Shown: one piece after another, positions 11,001 through 21,607 of the stretch
Position numbering within the stretch: position 1 is the first letter of the stretch
Layout: every line of letters starts with the position of its first letter
Assembly: GCA_020184695.1 (NCBI GenBank)
Contig: JAANOX010000101.1
Coordinates: 147,830-211,829, forward strand
Length of the DNA stretch: 64,000 nt
From: Histomonas meleagridis 2922-C6/04-290x
Lineage: Eukaryota > Protista > Parabasalia
Direction: 5' to 3'
The notes under the pieces: model-generated
What the model was told of the DNA's origin: nothing
Database searches by the model: none
Seen by the model: only the letters and a program-made list of their open reading frames with translations
Position numbers and translations under genes: made by a program

Positions 11001-13317
11001 AATTCGATTGTTCTTTAGATAATTTGATTATATTTAAAAATCGTTTTTCTAATGGATTTAATTCATATAAATTATATTCCGGTATAATAGTTAAATTCGA
11101 TTTATATTCAAATGAATTTGTTATTCCAGAATGAATTTGTTTTAATAAAAATGGTACAATTTGTATATAAACATTTTCGATTCCATTAAATTCTTTAGAA
11201 TATGAACATTTAAGAATTGCTTCAAGTATAGCTAAAGGTATTATTGAATACGCTTTAGTTGTAAATGGAATCTTTAATAAAATTTTATCAAATAATATTT
11301 CAATGAAATTATCATAAGCTTTAATACCATTATAAATATATAATGGATAACATATAATATTAATAAATAATGTAATTAAATGTGTATCATTCATTTGAAT
11401 GTTTCCATATTTACTTATTAAAAATCGACATAATCTAAGATATGCATTTGTTGTCTTTTGATAAAAATCTTTTTCATTAATCTTTAATGCTATAAATGAT
11501 AACTTTCGGATAAATAATGAATATAATGCAAATGATTTAATTGCTATAGTTTCATCAATATTACGAATATTTGTTATTAACATTTTCTCATATAAATGAA
11601 TATTTGTTTCAACTGATTCTGTATCTCGAGTTTCTTGTATAATTAAAGGTGGGAAATTAACAAATGTTTTAACAAAACCATATTCATCAATTTTATTATT
11701 AACATTAGTATCGAATTTAATAGTTTCTGATATTAACTTTAAATCATCAAATAATAATAATAACCCTAAAGGTATTAAAGAAGATGAATTATTAGTTAAT
11801 TCCATGTTATATTTATTTGGATTTGTTGGATCATTAATATATTCCTTAAGTAATTCATCACGTAATTTAGATGGTATTAAATAAAATGGATCATTATAAG
11901 TTTCAAGTGTAAATGATTCATATGTTTCCCATTTACGATTATTTAATAAAGCTTTTAATATTATCGATAAATATTTTGTATATTGTTCAGGTGAATTTTG
12001 TATAATTTCATTTTTCCTTTGTAATACATCTTTTATACAATTAATAATTATATTTAATATAAAATCATATGGTACTGAGATTTGATTCTTTTGTATTTCC
12101 GAGAAATTAGTTAAAGTTTCATTGTCTTTAGTAATATATTTAATTAATGTTTCAAATAATTTAAATTCGCCAATTCGGACATTTTGAATTGTAACATATT
12201 CGAGTCGATTAATTAACATTGGATATACATTAGATAATGGATGTTCTTTATTCTTAATTGATAAATATTTTAACATATTTATGAAATTAGTTCCTTGATT
12301 TTCTATCATTGAAAACATATTAACATAATTAGTTGTAAGTTTCCTAAACAAAGCAGAATTTGGTTCTGATTCGATTAATCGTGTAAAGCCTTTGAGGAAT
12401 TTCGAATCTAAAAATTGTTTCGTTGTAATGACTTTCTTTTTGATAAAGAAACAGAATCTGAAATAATCAAAAAATCCGGAGTGTTCAGCCATGATTTGAC
12501 TCGAAAAGAAGAAGTTTAATACCGAAAATTCTTCACTTAATTCAGGATTAAATGAAAGTAATGCTTTGGAAACATCTGATTTGATTTGTTGATCGTCAAC
12601 CCATAATTTATGCGCAGAAAAAAAACAATCAACGATAGGAAAGTATATTCCGTTGAAAAAATTATCGTCTTTGATAATTTCATCGGGTTGATTGAGTGCT
12701 TCAATCATTGTATCGGCTAATAAACGTGAAAATGAACGGCGATATTTTAAGACTCGTTTGGTTACAAAGTGACGAAGGTTTAAGAATTCTCCTGTATGTA
12801 TTCCGATATAAAAATAAACACCATCATTTCTAGCGAATTTGGCTAATCGAGATATTTGAGATGGCATTCCATTTGTAATCTTGCCGTTAACAACATGGCA
12901 ATTAAATACATGCTTAAGGTATTCATTTGATTGTAAAGATAAGATTTCTTTTGGAAATTGATAGGACCAACTATGTTGATCCATGTTATTTATTAAAATA
13001 TGGCCAATGGATTGTGGTAATGGGAGATGATCATAGTTTCTGATTAATATTATTAATATTTCTTTTCGAATGAAATTGTTGGATTTATCAAGTAATTCAA
13101 GAACCTTTTCCTCCGTGAGTGATTTTAAAAATTCTTTTTGTGATTTGGGTTTCTTCAATGCAGTTAATGCATATGATGAAAGTTCATCATTGTTTATCAT
13201 TTCTGCAATTTTATCCCACATGGATAACATAACAAGGCCATGAATATAAGCTTCAGGTCGATCAATGAGATCATTTATATTCTCAGCATTGACTGATTTC
13301 CAATTTATTGGTTCCAT
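8059..13317 (-). CDS. Large hypothetical protein (~1750 aa), probably alpha-helical/solenoid
   Basis: Uninterrupted 5.3-kb ORF with no motif I recognise; start taken at MEPINW. Confidence 0.75.
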   Translation of the reverse strand: MEPINWKSVNAENINDLIDRPEAYIHGLVMLSMWDKIAEMINNDELSSYALTALKKPKSQKEFLKSLTEEKVLELLDKSNNFIRKEILIILIRNYDHLPLPQSIGHILINNMDQHSWSYQFPKEILSLQSNEYLKHVFNCHVVNGKITNGMPSQISRLAKFARNDGVYFYIGIHTGEFLNLRHFVTKRVLKYRRSFSRLLADTMIEALNQPDEIIKDDNFFNGIYFPIVDCFFSAHKLWVDDQQIKSDVSKALLSFNPELSEEFSVLNFFFSSQIMAEHSGFFDYFRFCFFIKKKVITTKQFLDSKFLKGFTRLIESEPNSALFRKLTTNYVNMFSMIENQGTNFINMLKYLSIKNKEHPLSNVYPMLINRLEYVTIQNVRIGEFKLFETLIKYITKDNETLTNFSEIQKNQISVPYDFILNIIINCIKDVLQRKNEIIQNSPEQYTKYLSIILKALLNNRKWETYESFTLETYNDPFYLIPSKLRDELLKEYINDPTNPNKYNMELTNNSSSLIPLGLLLLFDDLKLISETIKFDTNVNNKIDEYGFVKTFVNFPPLIIQETRDTESVETNIHLYEKMLITNIRNIDETIAIKSFALYSLFIRKLSFIALKINEKDFYQKTTNAYLRLCRFLISKYGNIQMNDTHLITLFINIICYPLYIYNGIKAYDNFIEILFDKILLKIPFTTKAYSIIPLAILEAILKCSYSKEFNGIENVYIQIVPFLLKQIHSGITNSFEYKSNLTIIPEYNLYELNPLEKRFLNIIKLSKEQSNLLLSKKFVNIILNDPCSLKANQQFKGKCINTNIYTNELINSFNISQLSSSTLVFKEVLKYLYDKVNNYDPKTYENVSTKVLTILIDLIKGINFKNDLITQKINLPKYDEFDYENNNTLETYLKSLTNLSYELKISKSTILFTRNLMKEDSFIQRLFNDDKCIETFEMIDKVFNFKPYEVTKAEEIKKEIKDNYSFKLKIEYITPISIYCRLKTNDEKPKEVSKIKPGYYSNRPIKPKLKRHSHGTTTYYISKSRFDSNTRNEQNVNIKVKPKGKNPLMDKWIPNVTETLLKPLFDINNYEKACELIKEDGDGLKYIIFLLKKYIKDWKHINYKSIDLISHLINLLINDFLIEDIKPTKENPNPRTLPKLFLKSNGEVLDIINNNNNGNERHLTFRSRFNNDGLKHYQSTKYLLGIICNIIYDNLIISKNININIFYDSFIKLLSLNSDVIKNKIGAEDKQFSNSICNFIFTLIHFDDKPKNINWILEENNIIYKLFFKMFTCDLFHSNCIEIVNKYLLSLTNQNKKDAILQSFISAIKSLNNYSYTLHTRIRISTWLLDPQYCGLPIPKYSLDYINEIVNDPKLHIDIRRAISASVINYFKVQSVIGMKPIQTIEMFTILKSLNKTMKNQMGPVFCQLEAPMLCEGICQNMTFRELIPKESNPIKFITPPKYLTLEMPRDSEWGKLHQQYLSEFIGPLLLSSDDRIVQLAISILTNIGIQGGALADQIAMFIENAFKGFNIRSSSEYLVNFSFNFCFKRQHSSYESMYDSFIQIFHQLCDAINDTNQQQVKNLWFSDRNRNKFDKEVYKPLLRTCGMFSNSIESIISTLSDKEDCEFCLRLGKRILNELEKYNSKQSIYLRPFEALCSWAKMLCDENLMKAIYLSSSKEALIELLKFVENNYEVMYRVKNIVNNLVRKNKNYIDFEILNVLAKWKVEIAQNEIVRNLFTPMIKEFFMKMGPNSKEVNDVIPLMWKFANLQ

Positions 13318-13435
13318 AATTGTGAAGTTGGCAATGTATTTCAAATAACCGTTTTGTTTCAATTAACTGTTGATATTTGAGCACTTTGACTAAAATATAA
13401 TTCATTAAAATGATCATTTGAAATAAAAAACGAAA

Positions 13436-13515
13436 GTTCATCTGGCCGAGTGGTCCAAGGCGCTAGTTTAAGGCACTAGTCCGAGAGGGCGTGGGTTCGA
13501 ACCCCACGGTGAACA
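13436..13515 (+). tRNA. tRNA-Leu(AAG)
   Basis: Acceptor GTTCATC/GGTGAAC, D-arm TGGCCGAGTGG, anticodon loop TT-AAG-GC, long variable arm, GTTCGAA T-loop, downstream T-run. Confidence 0.9.
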
Positions 13516-13808
13516 TTTTTTAATTTTTTTATCAGTTCTTGAATGTTTTGAGCAGTCACAAACAATACCATGTTTAAAAATTAAAAAAATTTGTCTAGCA
13601 TTTTATATGTATGATAACTTCAAAATAGTTTAACTTTTTATATCCATCTTATTTGAAAAAAAAATCATCAACTTGAAAATTTTGTATACAATAATAATTA
13701 TTTTAAAGAATGTGTTTAATACCAATATACTGATACAAATGTAGGGTACTCCTGTTAAATTCAAAATATATTTGGCCAATTCTTAACGTATAAAAAATTA
13801 ATGAAGAT

Positions 13809-15443
13809 ATGGAAAGAAAATCAAATCGAATCATAAAAATGAAAAAAGAAGTTATGGGAAAAATTTCCCAAAAAGGTATTCTCAATAATCTTCAAGCAAA
13901 ATATTTGACTTCTGTTAGGGAAACAATACATAATAATCCAAATTTTGATATACTATTAAAGCACAAAAAAATAATACCAAAAGAATCATTTAAAATTGCT
14001 AATCAAATCACAGTGAAATTTTTACAACGACACAATTTGTTTTTCAGTTTAAGATGCGCTCAATTGGAATTTCCTGATTATTTTTCTGAGAGTGAACAGC
14101 AAGAATTGGATAACCCTGAAGACAAAAAAGGAGTAATTTATAAAATTATGAAAGAAATTCAAGAAAACAATTTAAATCCATCAAATTCATCATCCATAAA
14201 TAATTCAAATGGAAATGAAGTTATAGCAAATAATAACAGTATGCCATATAAACAGGATAATGAACTGGAAGGTAGTTTTTCAAATCAAGAAATTTTCAAT
14301 TCTTCATCATCAATCAAACACAAATCAACAAATAAAGGAAAACATTCACAACAAAAAAACAATATCAAAAGCCATTATTCTAATGAATTACCAATGAGAC
14401 ATCGCCAATTTTTCAACAAAAACTGGAGTTCCAATTCTTCAAAAGATAACAGTTCAGTAGAAGATGAATTTAGTGAAAGTAGTTTTGATGATTTGGATTT
14501 GAGCTCTATCCAAAGGAAGGAAAGTGATAGATACAAAAATGAAATTGTCAACAACGATGATATTTTTGCTGCTGAAGAAATTGATTTTATTGATGGCGAT
14601 AGTGAAGAATCTGAGCAAGAAATGAAATTAGTTGTCAGTGGTGAACAATTTGAACAAACAAAAGAAAACAACTTATCAAAAACGGAAACGGAAAAAGATC
14701 AAATAAAGAACGAAAAATTTTTTGATTCAGAAACACATCAAACAGAAATTTCTCAAAATGTTAATACAGAACAAATTGATAAACCTAAAGAAGAACAAAA
14801 TTTAGTTAAAGAGAAAACAAATAAAATCGATTCGCCTAAGAATGAATACAATGATCAAACGAATAAATTAGAAATAAAAGCAGATAAAACTGAAGTTTTA
14901 CCCGAAAAAAATAAATTATCGATACAAAAAGATGAAAATGTTATAATTGATTTGGATGATAGTTCAAGTGAAATTGTACTTCCAAAATTATCTAGCGAAC
15001 TCAGTAGTTTGAATGTTGATTTAAATAGTTTCGAAAATTGTAAACATAATCAAAAAAGTAATTCGTCAATTGTATTGGATTTAGATTTTGATCCTACAAA
15101 GCAAAGTAGCAAAGATGACTTTGTCGAAATGTCGTATGAAGAAGAATTTAAAGAATTCGAAGAATCACAAAGTAAAAATCAGTTAATTGATTCATCAATT
15201 GATTTTACACAAGAGGAAATCGAAGCAATCGAAAAAGAGGAAAATACAAAAAAGAAAAATGAGAAAAATTTGGATGATTTGTCAATTGAATTTTTATCTG
15301 AAGGACCTAAAGAAGAGAAAAAAGTAAAAAAGAATGAAAAAAGTAGTGAATATTCGATAGACTTTACAGATGATCCCTTGTCTCAAGGAGAAGAAAATAA
15401 GAAAAACAGTAAAGATGATGATGAGGAATGGCTTATTTATTAA
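13809..15443 (+). CDS. Acidic low-complexity protein with an N-terminal FOP/LisH-like segment
   Basis: 544-aa ORF; N-terminal GILNNLQAK...ITVKFLQRHNLFFSLRCAQLE resembles a LisH/FOP dimerisation motif; the rest is D/E/S/N/K-rich. Confidence 0.6.
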   Translation: MERKSNRIIKMKKEVMGKISQKGILNNLQAKYLTSVRETIHNNPNFDILLKHKKIIPKESFKIANQITVKFLQRHNLFFSLRCAQLEFPDYFSESEQQELDNPEDKKGVIYKIMKEIQENNLNPSNSSSINNSNGNEVIANNNSMPYKQDNELEGSFSNQEIFNSSSSIKHKSTNKGKHSQQKNNIKSHYSNELPMRHRQFFNKNWSSNSSKDNSSVEDEFSESSFDDLDLSSIQRKESDRYKNEIVNNDDIFAAEEIDFIDGDSEESEQEMKLVVSGEQFEQTKENNLSKTETEKDQIKNEKFFDSETHQTEISQNVNTEQIDKPKEEQNLVKEKTNKIDSPKNEYNDQTNKLEIKADKTEVLPEKNKLSIQKDENVIIDLDDSSSEIVLPKLSSELSSLNVDLNSFENCKHNQKSNSSIVLDLDFDPTKQSSKDDFVEMSYEEEFKEFEESQSKNQLIDSSIDFTQEEIEAIEKEENTKKKNEKNLDDLSIEFLSEGPKEEKKVKKNEKSSEYSIDFTDDPLSQGEENKKNSKDDDEEWLIY

Positions 15444-15687
15444 AAATATTTCTAGAATAATTTTTTTTCTTCTTCTTGCTGACAAAAACTTAACATATAT
15501 TAAATATTTCATAATATTGATTGAACATAAAGATATATGTATTATGATTTTATCATTTTAGATGATTTTTATTTTATAAATTTTACATATTTAATAAGTT
15601 TATGCAAAAAAATTCTTAAGCCTGCAATGTAAAGATTTGTAAACTATTGTAATGAAGACGTTAATTATTCAGTGCATTTTTTTTGTC

Positions 15688-17703
15688 ATGTTAGCCGAAT
15701 CAAAACTCCAATCTCCTCACATGAAATTACTTTCTAAACTTGAGAAAATCATATATAATTTAAGTAAAGATAATCTTGATAAGTCAATTCAAAAAACTAT
15801 GAAATCATTTGATTTCGATTTTCCATTTTCATATAATTTAATTATTAGCGCATTAGTTTACCATGCATTTTATTCTAAGAATGATTCAGATGATATTTAT
15901 ATTGATTATTTAGAAGGGATTCAAACAAAAGAAGAAGAAAATGATCAAATTGGCCAAAAGATTATTGACATTTTTTATAATTATATGTGTAAAAATAATA
16001 TAAAAGAATCATATCATTTAATTGAAAAAATGATCGAACGAAATTTGTTAGACGACGATAAAAAGTCTAAATATCAAAATTCTGATTTTCTTTTACATGA
16101 AATTAAGAAAATATATCATAAAAGTTACAAAGAATTAACAGATGATGAATTAGAACTTCATAAGAAATCATTAAAAGAAGGAGTTAATACAAGTGAAATA
16201 GCAACAATAATTCGAAATGATGAAATCCAAAAGCTTCAAAATGAAGCAATAGCATCAAGTTTTGATTATGATCAAAAAATCGAACAATCATTTTATGAAA
16301 AACATTCATTTATTAATCATGATAAAGTTTCACTTATTGATTACGCAGCATTTTTTGGATCTATTGAATGCTTTAAATACTTAATGTTAAATGAAGCTAA
16401 TATGAATAATGCAGGTAAATATGCAATTGCTGGAGGAAATCTTGAAATCATTTATTTATGTGAAAAAGAACATTTAACTTTTAAAGGCGCATATGAAGCA
16501 GCAATTAAATTCCATAAAAATGATATCTTTAAGTATGTTTTTGAAAACAAATTAGAAACCTTATATGAACATGATAAAGATATTAGAGAATTAGGATGTT
16601 TTTGTATTAAATATGGAAATTATGAAATTTTTTCTTATTTAGAAGACAAAATAAAAATTAATGATAAAGTTATTAATGCAACAGCAAAAATTGGTAATTT
16701 ATATATGATAAAATATTTCATTCAAGATTATCAAGTTCCCAAAGATATTTTAGTGAATTCGATCGAATCAAATAATATTGAACTTGTTAAATATGTTTTG
16801 GCTCAAGATGGATCTGATATTAATGCTAAATATATTTATTTCATCAATTTGAAATTTTATAATAAAATTTAATGTTTTTTAAATATGTTTAAAACACCAC
16901 TAATTTTGGCAATTGAAATTGGCTCTCTTGAATTAACTAAAATGCTTCTTAACATAAAAGAAATTGAAATAAATCTCAAAGGAGGAATTTCTTTGTTATG
17001 TTTCAAATTTAATTAAATAATTTGATATTTGATGGAAATATTTGGAAATTGTTTTATGTATTTAATACACCTCTTATTCATGCAGCTCAATTTGGTAACA
17101 CTGAAATAGTTAAATTACTTCTTGAACAAGAAGGAATTGATATTAATGCTAAAAACATTTATTTATTTTATTTCTTGTTTGTTACAATAATTTTATATTT
17201 CAAAATGATTTTTGGAATTTGTTAACATTATTTGAAACTGCACTTACAGTCGTATCAAGAAATGGTTGTACAGAAATAGTCAAATTACTTCTTGAACAAA
17301 AAGGAATTGATACTAATGCTAAAAATATTTAATTATTTATATTTATTGCTTGCTTTAATAAATTCTTGTTTCAAAATTTTATTTGGAATTTATTTGATAT
17401 GTTTTATACAGCACTGATATGGGCATCTATAAATGGTAACACAGAAACTGTTAAATTACTTCTTGATCAAGAAAGCGATGAAAATAAAGATTTAAATAAT
17501 TGTTTATAATATTTGCTGTTTGTTAAATTAATTTCGAAATATCTCAAAATGTTATTTAGAAATTATTCAAATTATTTAGTAAGGCTCTCAAGAAAGCAAC
17601 TGAAAAAGAACATAATGAAATAATTGAATTGCTTCGCGAGAAAGGCGTTAATGAAATTATTAATGAAAGTTCCAAATCTGGTGGTTTTGACGAAGTAGAA
17701 TAA
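15688..17703 (+). CDS. DUF3447-like + ankyrin-repeat protein B with interrupted linkers
   Basis: Same N-terminal domain (IRNDEIQKLQ...SLIDYAAFFGSIECFKYL); the ankyrin segments resume after 60, 83, 80, 81 and ~80-nt spacers; decoded stop TAA 17701-17703. Confidence 0.75.
16834..17580 (+). other. Micro-exon array B
   Basis: Decoded KY-ENK-TPL (3 x 20 nt), KGG-QDGN-TPL, KN-LYGE-TAL, KN-(I/Y)LGY-TAL, NN-VNRS-KAL. Confidence 0.7.
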
Positions 17704-18158
17704 AAAATTTAACTTCATCAATTTTTTTTTCAAATGTTTCGAAAATGATTCGTGTTTTATCCATATTGTAATGTGTAATGAAATATTATTTGGGAAATAA
17801 TTTCTTTCTGTTACATTATTTGAAAATGAAGATTTTTATTATTAAGTTGAACAGGAAGTTATAGAATAATCATACGCATTATTTGCTATGTTATGTATTA
17901 ATACTAAGATATTAAAATAAAATTAAGGAACATGAATGCTTAAAATAAAAAATCTATATTAAAAAAATAACGTGATTGAATAAAGAATCCTCTCAAAATT
18001 ACTATTATGAGTAATTACAAAAAATATTTACAAACTAGATGTATCATTTTTAAAATTCCATGATGGTATTGTGACTGTTAATTACTTTTTTTTGTCGAGT
18101 TATAAATAAACAACAAACAAACGATAGAAAATACGTTAAATCACTTCACCTCAACAAA

Positions 18159-18848
18159 ATGAAAACAATTGGTCTTTTAGGTGGTATGAGTTGGGAAAGC
18201 ACTGTTACATACTACCAAATAATCAACGAAACAATAAAGCAAAAGCTTGGAGGTCTTCACTCAGCGAAAATCCTTCTGTACAGTGTCGACTTTGCTGAAA
18301 TTGAAAAATACCAGTCAGATGGAGATTGGGATAAAAGCGCCGAAGTATTGGGAAAGGCCGCTTCTAACCTACAGAAAGCAGGTGCTGATTTTATTGTAAT
18401 CTGTACAAATACAATGCACAAAGTAGCACCACAGATTCAAGAGCAGATTTCAATACCTATTGTTCATATTGCAGATGCTACTGCAGAAGCCTTACTTCTC
18501 GCTGGCCATCATACTGTTGCATTACTTGGTACCAAATATACGATGACGCAAGATTTTTATAAAAGCAAATTAGAAGGTCATGGAATCAAAGTTTTAGTTC
18601 CTGAGCAGAATGATATTGAAACTGTTAACACTGTAATTTATGATGAACTATGTCGAGGTATTATTTCTCCTGAATCACGGGCAAAATATGTGGAAATCAT
18701 CAAGAAACTGGAAAAGATAGGTGCTGAAGCTGTAATACTTGGCTGTACAGAAATCGGACTGCTAATTCACCAATCAGATTCGCCATTACATGTGTTTGAT
18801 ACCACATTTATTCATGCAGAAAAAGCTGCATTAAAAGCGCTGGAGTGA
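18159..18848 (+). CDS. ygeA: Aspartate/glutamate racemase family protein (YgeA/RacX-like), bacterial type
   Basis: MKTIGLLGGMSWEST...GGLHSA, with the two catalytic-Cys motifs ICTNTMH and LGCTEI. Confidence 0.9.
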   Translation: MKTIGLLGGMSWESTVTYYQIINETIKQKLGGLHSAKILLYSVDFAEIEKYQSDGDWDKSAEVLGKAASNLQKAGADFIVICTNTMHKVAPQIQEQISIPIVHIADATAEALLLAGHHTVALLGTKYTMTQDFYKSKLEGHGIKVLVPEQNDIETVNTVIYDELCRGIISPESRAKYVEIIKKLEKIGAEAVILGCTEIGLLIHQSDSPLHVFDTTFIHAEKAALKALE

Positions 18849-19189
18849 GAAATTTTCTTTCAATGCATTTTTTTTTTTTTGGATTTCTTATAAACATAAA
18901 TTATCTAAATTTTGCATCAACATGTTTGATAATGTTTTCAAATATGATTTATTTTACCATTCCATGTCTACTTTCGTCATAATTGTTGAATGCTAGCTAA
19001 ATTATAATAATATTTCTTCTTATTTGATTTTAGTGAAATAAAAGGAAAATACATTTTTCATGTTTTCATTTTTATGTTTAACTTAAAGTGAAGAATAAAG
19101 TTTATAATTTATTATTAAGAGCAAAAACTAATTAGACGGAAATTGAAAAATTAAAATATATATAGTGAAAGGATTTTATTTATAATTTT

Positions 19190-20300
19190 TTATTGTTTCC
19201 TTTCCAAAAGCATTCTAATCTCTTCAAAATTACTATCCACATATTCATAAGCTGTTTTGAAAAATTAATTGAAATACCAGTATTTAAAAAAGAATACTGA
19301 AACAAATAAATGGATATTTTAACAAACAAAAAAACATCTTTGATTGTAACATCTATATCTTCTCTATTCAAAAGCAAATGCACAATATCGATTTTGTTTT
19401 TCATACAAGCCCATATCAATGCTGTTTCATATTATTTAAGCAAACTCCATTTTATTTAAATATATTTTAATATAAATTAATTAACCTTTTGTAAATTGAA
19501 TAAATTGTTTGAAGATTCACATTAATTCCATCATATGCAAGAAGTAATTTTGTGACTTCAATAAATCCATATCTACATGCATGCATTAAAGCTGTTTCAA
19601 TAAAAATAATAAAACACCAAATTAAGTTGTAAAATATCAAAAAAATTTAGAAAACATACAAACGACGACGTTTAAGAACTGCATTGCTTTGGCAAAAGTT
19701 TTCATTAGAGATAATCTTATAAGTGAAAGCGTATATGTTTTTGTAGAATGTACTGAGCTCACAAATATTACAGTTATTCGAACCTCAAATAATAACATTG
19801 ATGCCATCCAATGTTTAAATAGTGGAAACATTTAGTTTACCATTGTTTTTAATAACCAATATTTTCCTCTGAATAAAGAGATAATGATCTTGAACTTTAG
19901 ATTAATAAAAAATGGCACCAATGATCAAAATGTTGATTTTTATGTATTCTATGATATCTTCTTTAATAATTGAATATAAATGCTTATTGTTATAATCCTA
20001 TGCAATGATTTCTTTTAGGTTTGAATTTCTGCTTTTGGTTTATTATTAAGAAATCCAGAACTTGATGCTTATTTGAATTGTTACTGATTTTACTTTGTTT
20101 CTTGATCAAATTTGTGACTGAAATTTCGATTTTTTTATTTAAACCAGGTAATAGTGTAACTTTTGCAGTAATTGTTGCAATTACTTCTTATTTTACAAAT
20201 AGGGATTTTAGTGTGTTTGTTTCAATATTTTTATGCTTCCTTGAAGATGAAGAAATGATTTGCTCCTCAGATTTAAATTAATGATTATATGAGTAAATGA
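19190..20300 (-). pseudogene. Degenerate DUF3447/ankyrin gene C; 3' ankyrin units still follow the 17+3 register
   Basis: Decoded YDGE-TAL, QT-RKGE-TAL, KD-NVGK-TAY; the upstream domain is fragmented, so the 5' limit is approximate. Confidence 0.55.
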
Positions 20301-20420
20301 GCAAACGAACTTTTTGCTATTTCTTGTTTGAGTATTTTTTTTTAAATTACTTATAATTCTGTTTTCACATTTAAAACTCAAAAAATTAAAAATTGGCATT
20401 AACACAATAAGATAGATTTT

Positions 20421-21272
20421 TTATTTTGTTAAAGCTAAAACAAACAACAGAACAACCATCACCGCAAGCACAACAGCACAAATCCACATTCGCGACTTTT
20501 TCTGATATTTCGCAGCTTTTTCAATACTTTTGTGTGCTTCGATTGCGTTCGACAGTGATTCATTGATGTTGTAGTCAATACGGTCAATGACAGTTCCTTG
20601 CTCAGCGATGATCGTTGACAACTCCATAAATATAGATCGAACTTCTTCAGCTCTTTGAGCGATCTGTTCTATTTGTTCATTACTACGCTGATCTTGCAGT
20701 TGCGCTTGGCGTCGTTCGCTTCCAGGCTCTCCAAAATCAAATGGCTCAAAATCATTTGTGACTTGCTTCCGTTTCTTGGGCTTTGTTTTCTTTGTGAAAC
20801 TCATCGAAAATGTTTGTTGAGCCATCTTGAATTTGAAGGAGAATTGTTTGTATTGCTCTAATAGGTTGCTCCGAATATTTTCTAATATTCGTTTTCGATC
20901 AGGATGATCATCTGATAGTGTGAGATACGAAATCCTTTGATAAATATCTTGCAGCTTTGAATTTATATTTGATGTAAGTGTGTTGATTTCACTAATTAAA
21001 TCGGAGGAATCAACAAAAGTAGGTCGTAAACATTCTTTTTGCTTTTTGAGAATTGTATCATATGCTGTATCTAGGCGAGAAATGTCCATTTTTATTTCGT
21101 TTGCAAGGTCAAAATATGGTTGAAGAAGGGATTCAGAAGATCCATTCCCAGATAAAAGAAGTTCTGTATCCGAATAAGAAGGTGAACTCACAGGGCGCGG
21201 TGATGAAGAGCCTCTATAATTGACAACTTCGAGGGTTCTGTCTCTATTTGCTCCATTTGTTGCCAAGTACAT
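20421..21272 (-). CDS. Syntaxin-16/Tlg2-like Qa-SNARE
   Basis: N-peptide MYLATNGANRDRT, Habc region, SNARE motif IFMELSTIIAEQGTVIDRIDYNI and a C-terminal TM helix. Confidence 0.85.
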   Translation of the reverse strand: MYLATNGANRDRTLEVVNYRGSSSPRPVSSPSYSDTELLLSGNGSSESLLQPYFDLANEIKMDISRLDTAYDTILKKQKECLRPTFVDSSDLISEINTLTSNINSKLQDIYQRISYLTLSDDHPDRKRILENIRSNLLEQYKQFSFKFKMAQQTFSMSFTKKTKPKKRKQVTNDFEPFDFGEPGSERRQAQLQDQRSNEQIEQIAQRAEEVRSIFMELSTIIAEQGTVIDRIDYNINESLSNAIEAHKSIEKAAKYQKKSRMWICAVVLAVMVVLLFVLALTK

Positions 21273-21531
21273 CTTACAAGATTAACGTCTCCAAAAACTT
21301 TGGGCAAATTCAGGGCACCCCATTTACAAATTTCGAAATAATATATCTAATTAAGAAGAAAATCCCTTATTTTTAAAATTAGTCATCAAATAATCGTATT
21401 TCTGAAATGCGCTGAACATTTGTAGTGATTCTGTTTTTTGTTTCTCTCAAAAAAGACTGGAATTTAAAATAAATTATTTTTTTAAAATAAGTTAATTATA
21501 ATTAATTCCATAAACACAAAAAAAACAAAGC

Positions 21532-21597
21532 AAAACAAAACAAAACAAACAAACAAACAAACAAACAAACAAACAAACAAACAAACAAACAAACAAA
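21532..21597 (+). repeat. (AAAC)n microsatellite
   Basis: Direct tandem AAAC run 3' of the 788-aa gene. Confidence 0.9.
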
Positions 21598-21607
21598 AAT
21601 GCATTTT

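Noticed and set aside
9400-12300. Markedly more AT-rich interior of the 1767-aa ORF, suggesting a chimera or insertion
   Set aside because: The frame is uninterrupted with no boundary repeats; compositional drift in a variable region is sufficient.
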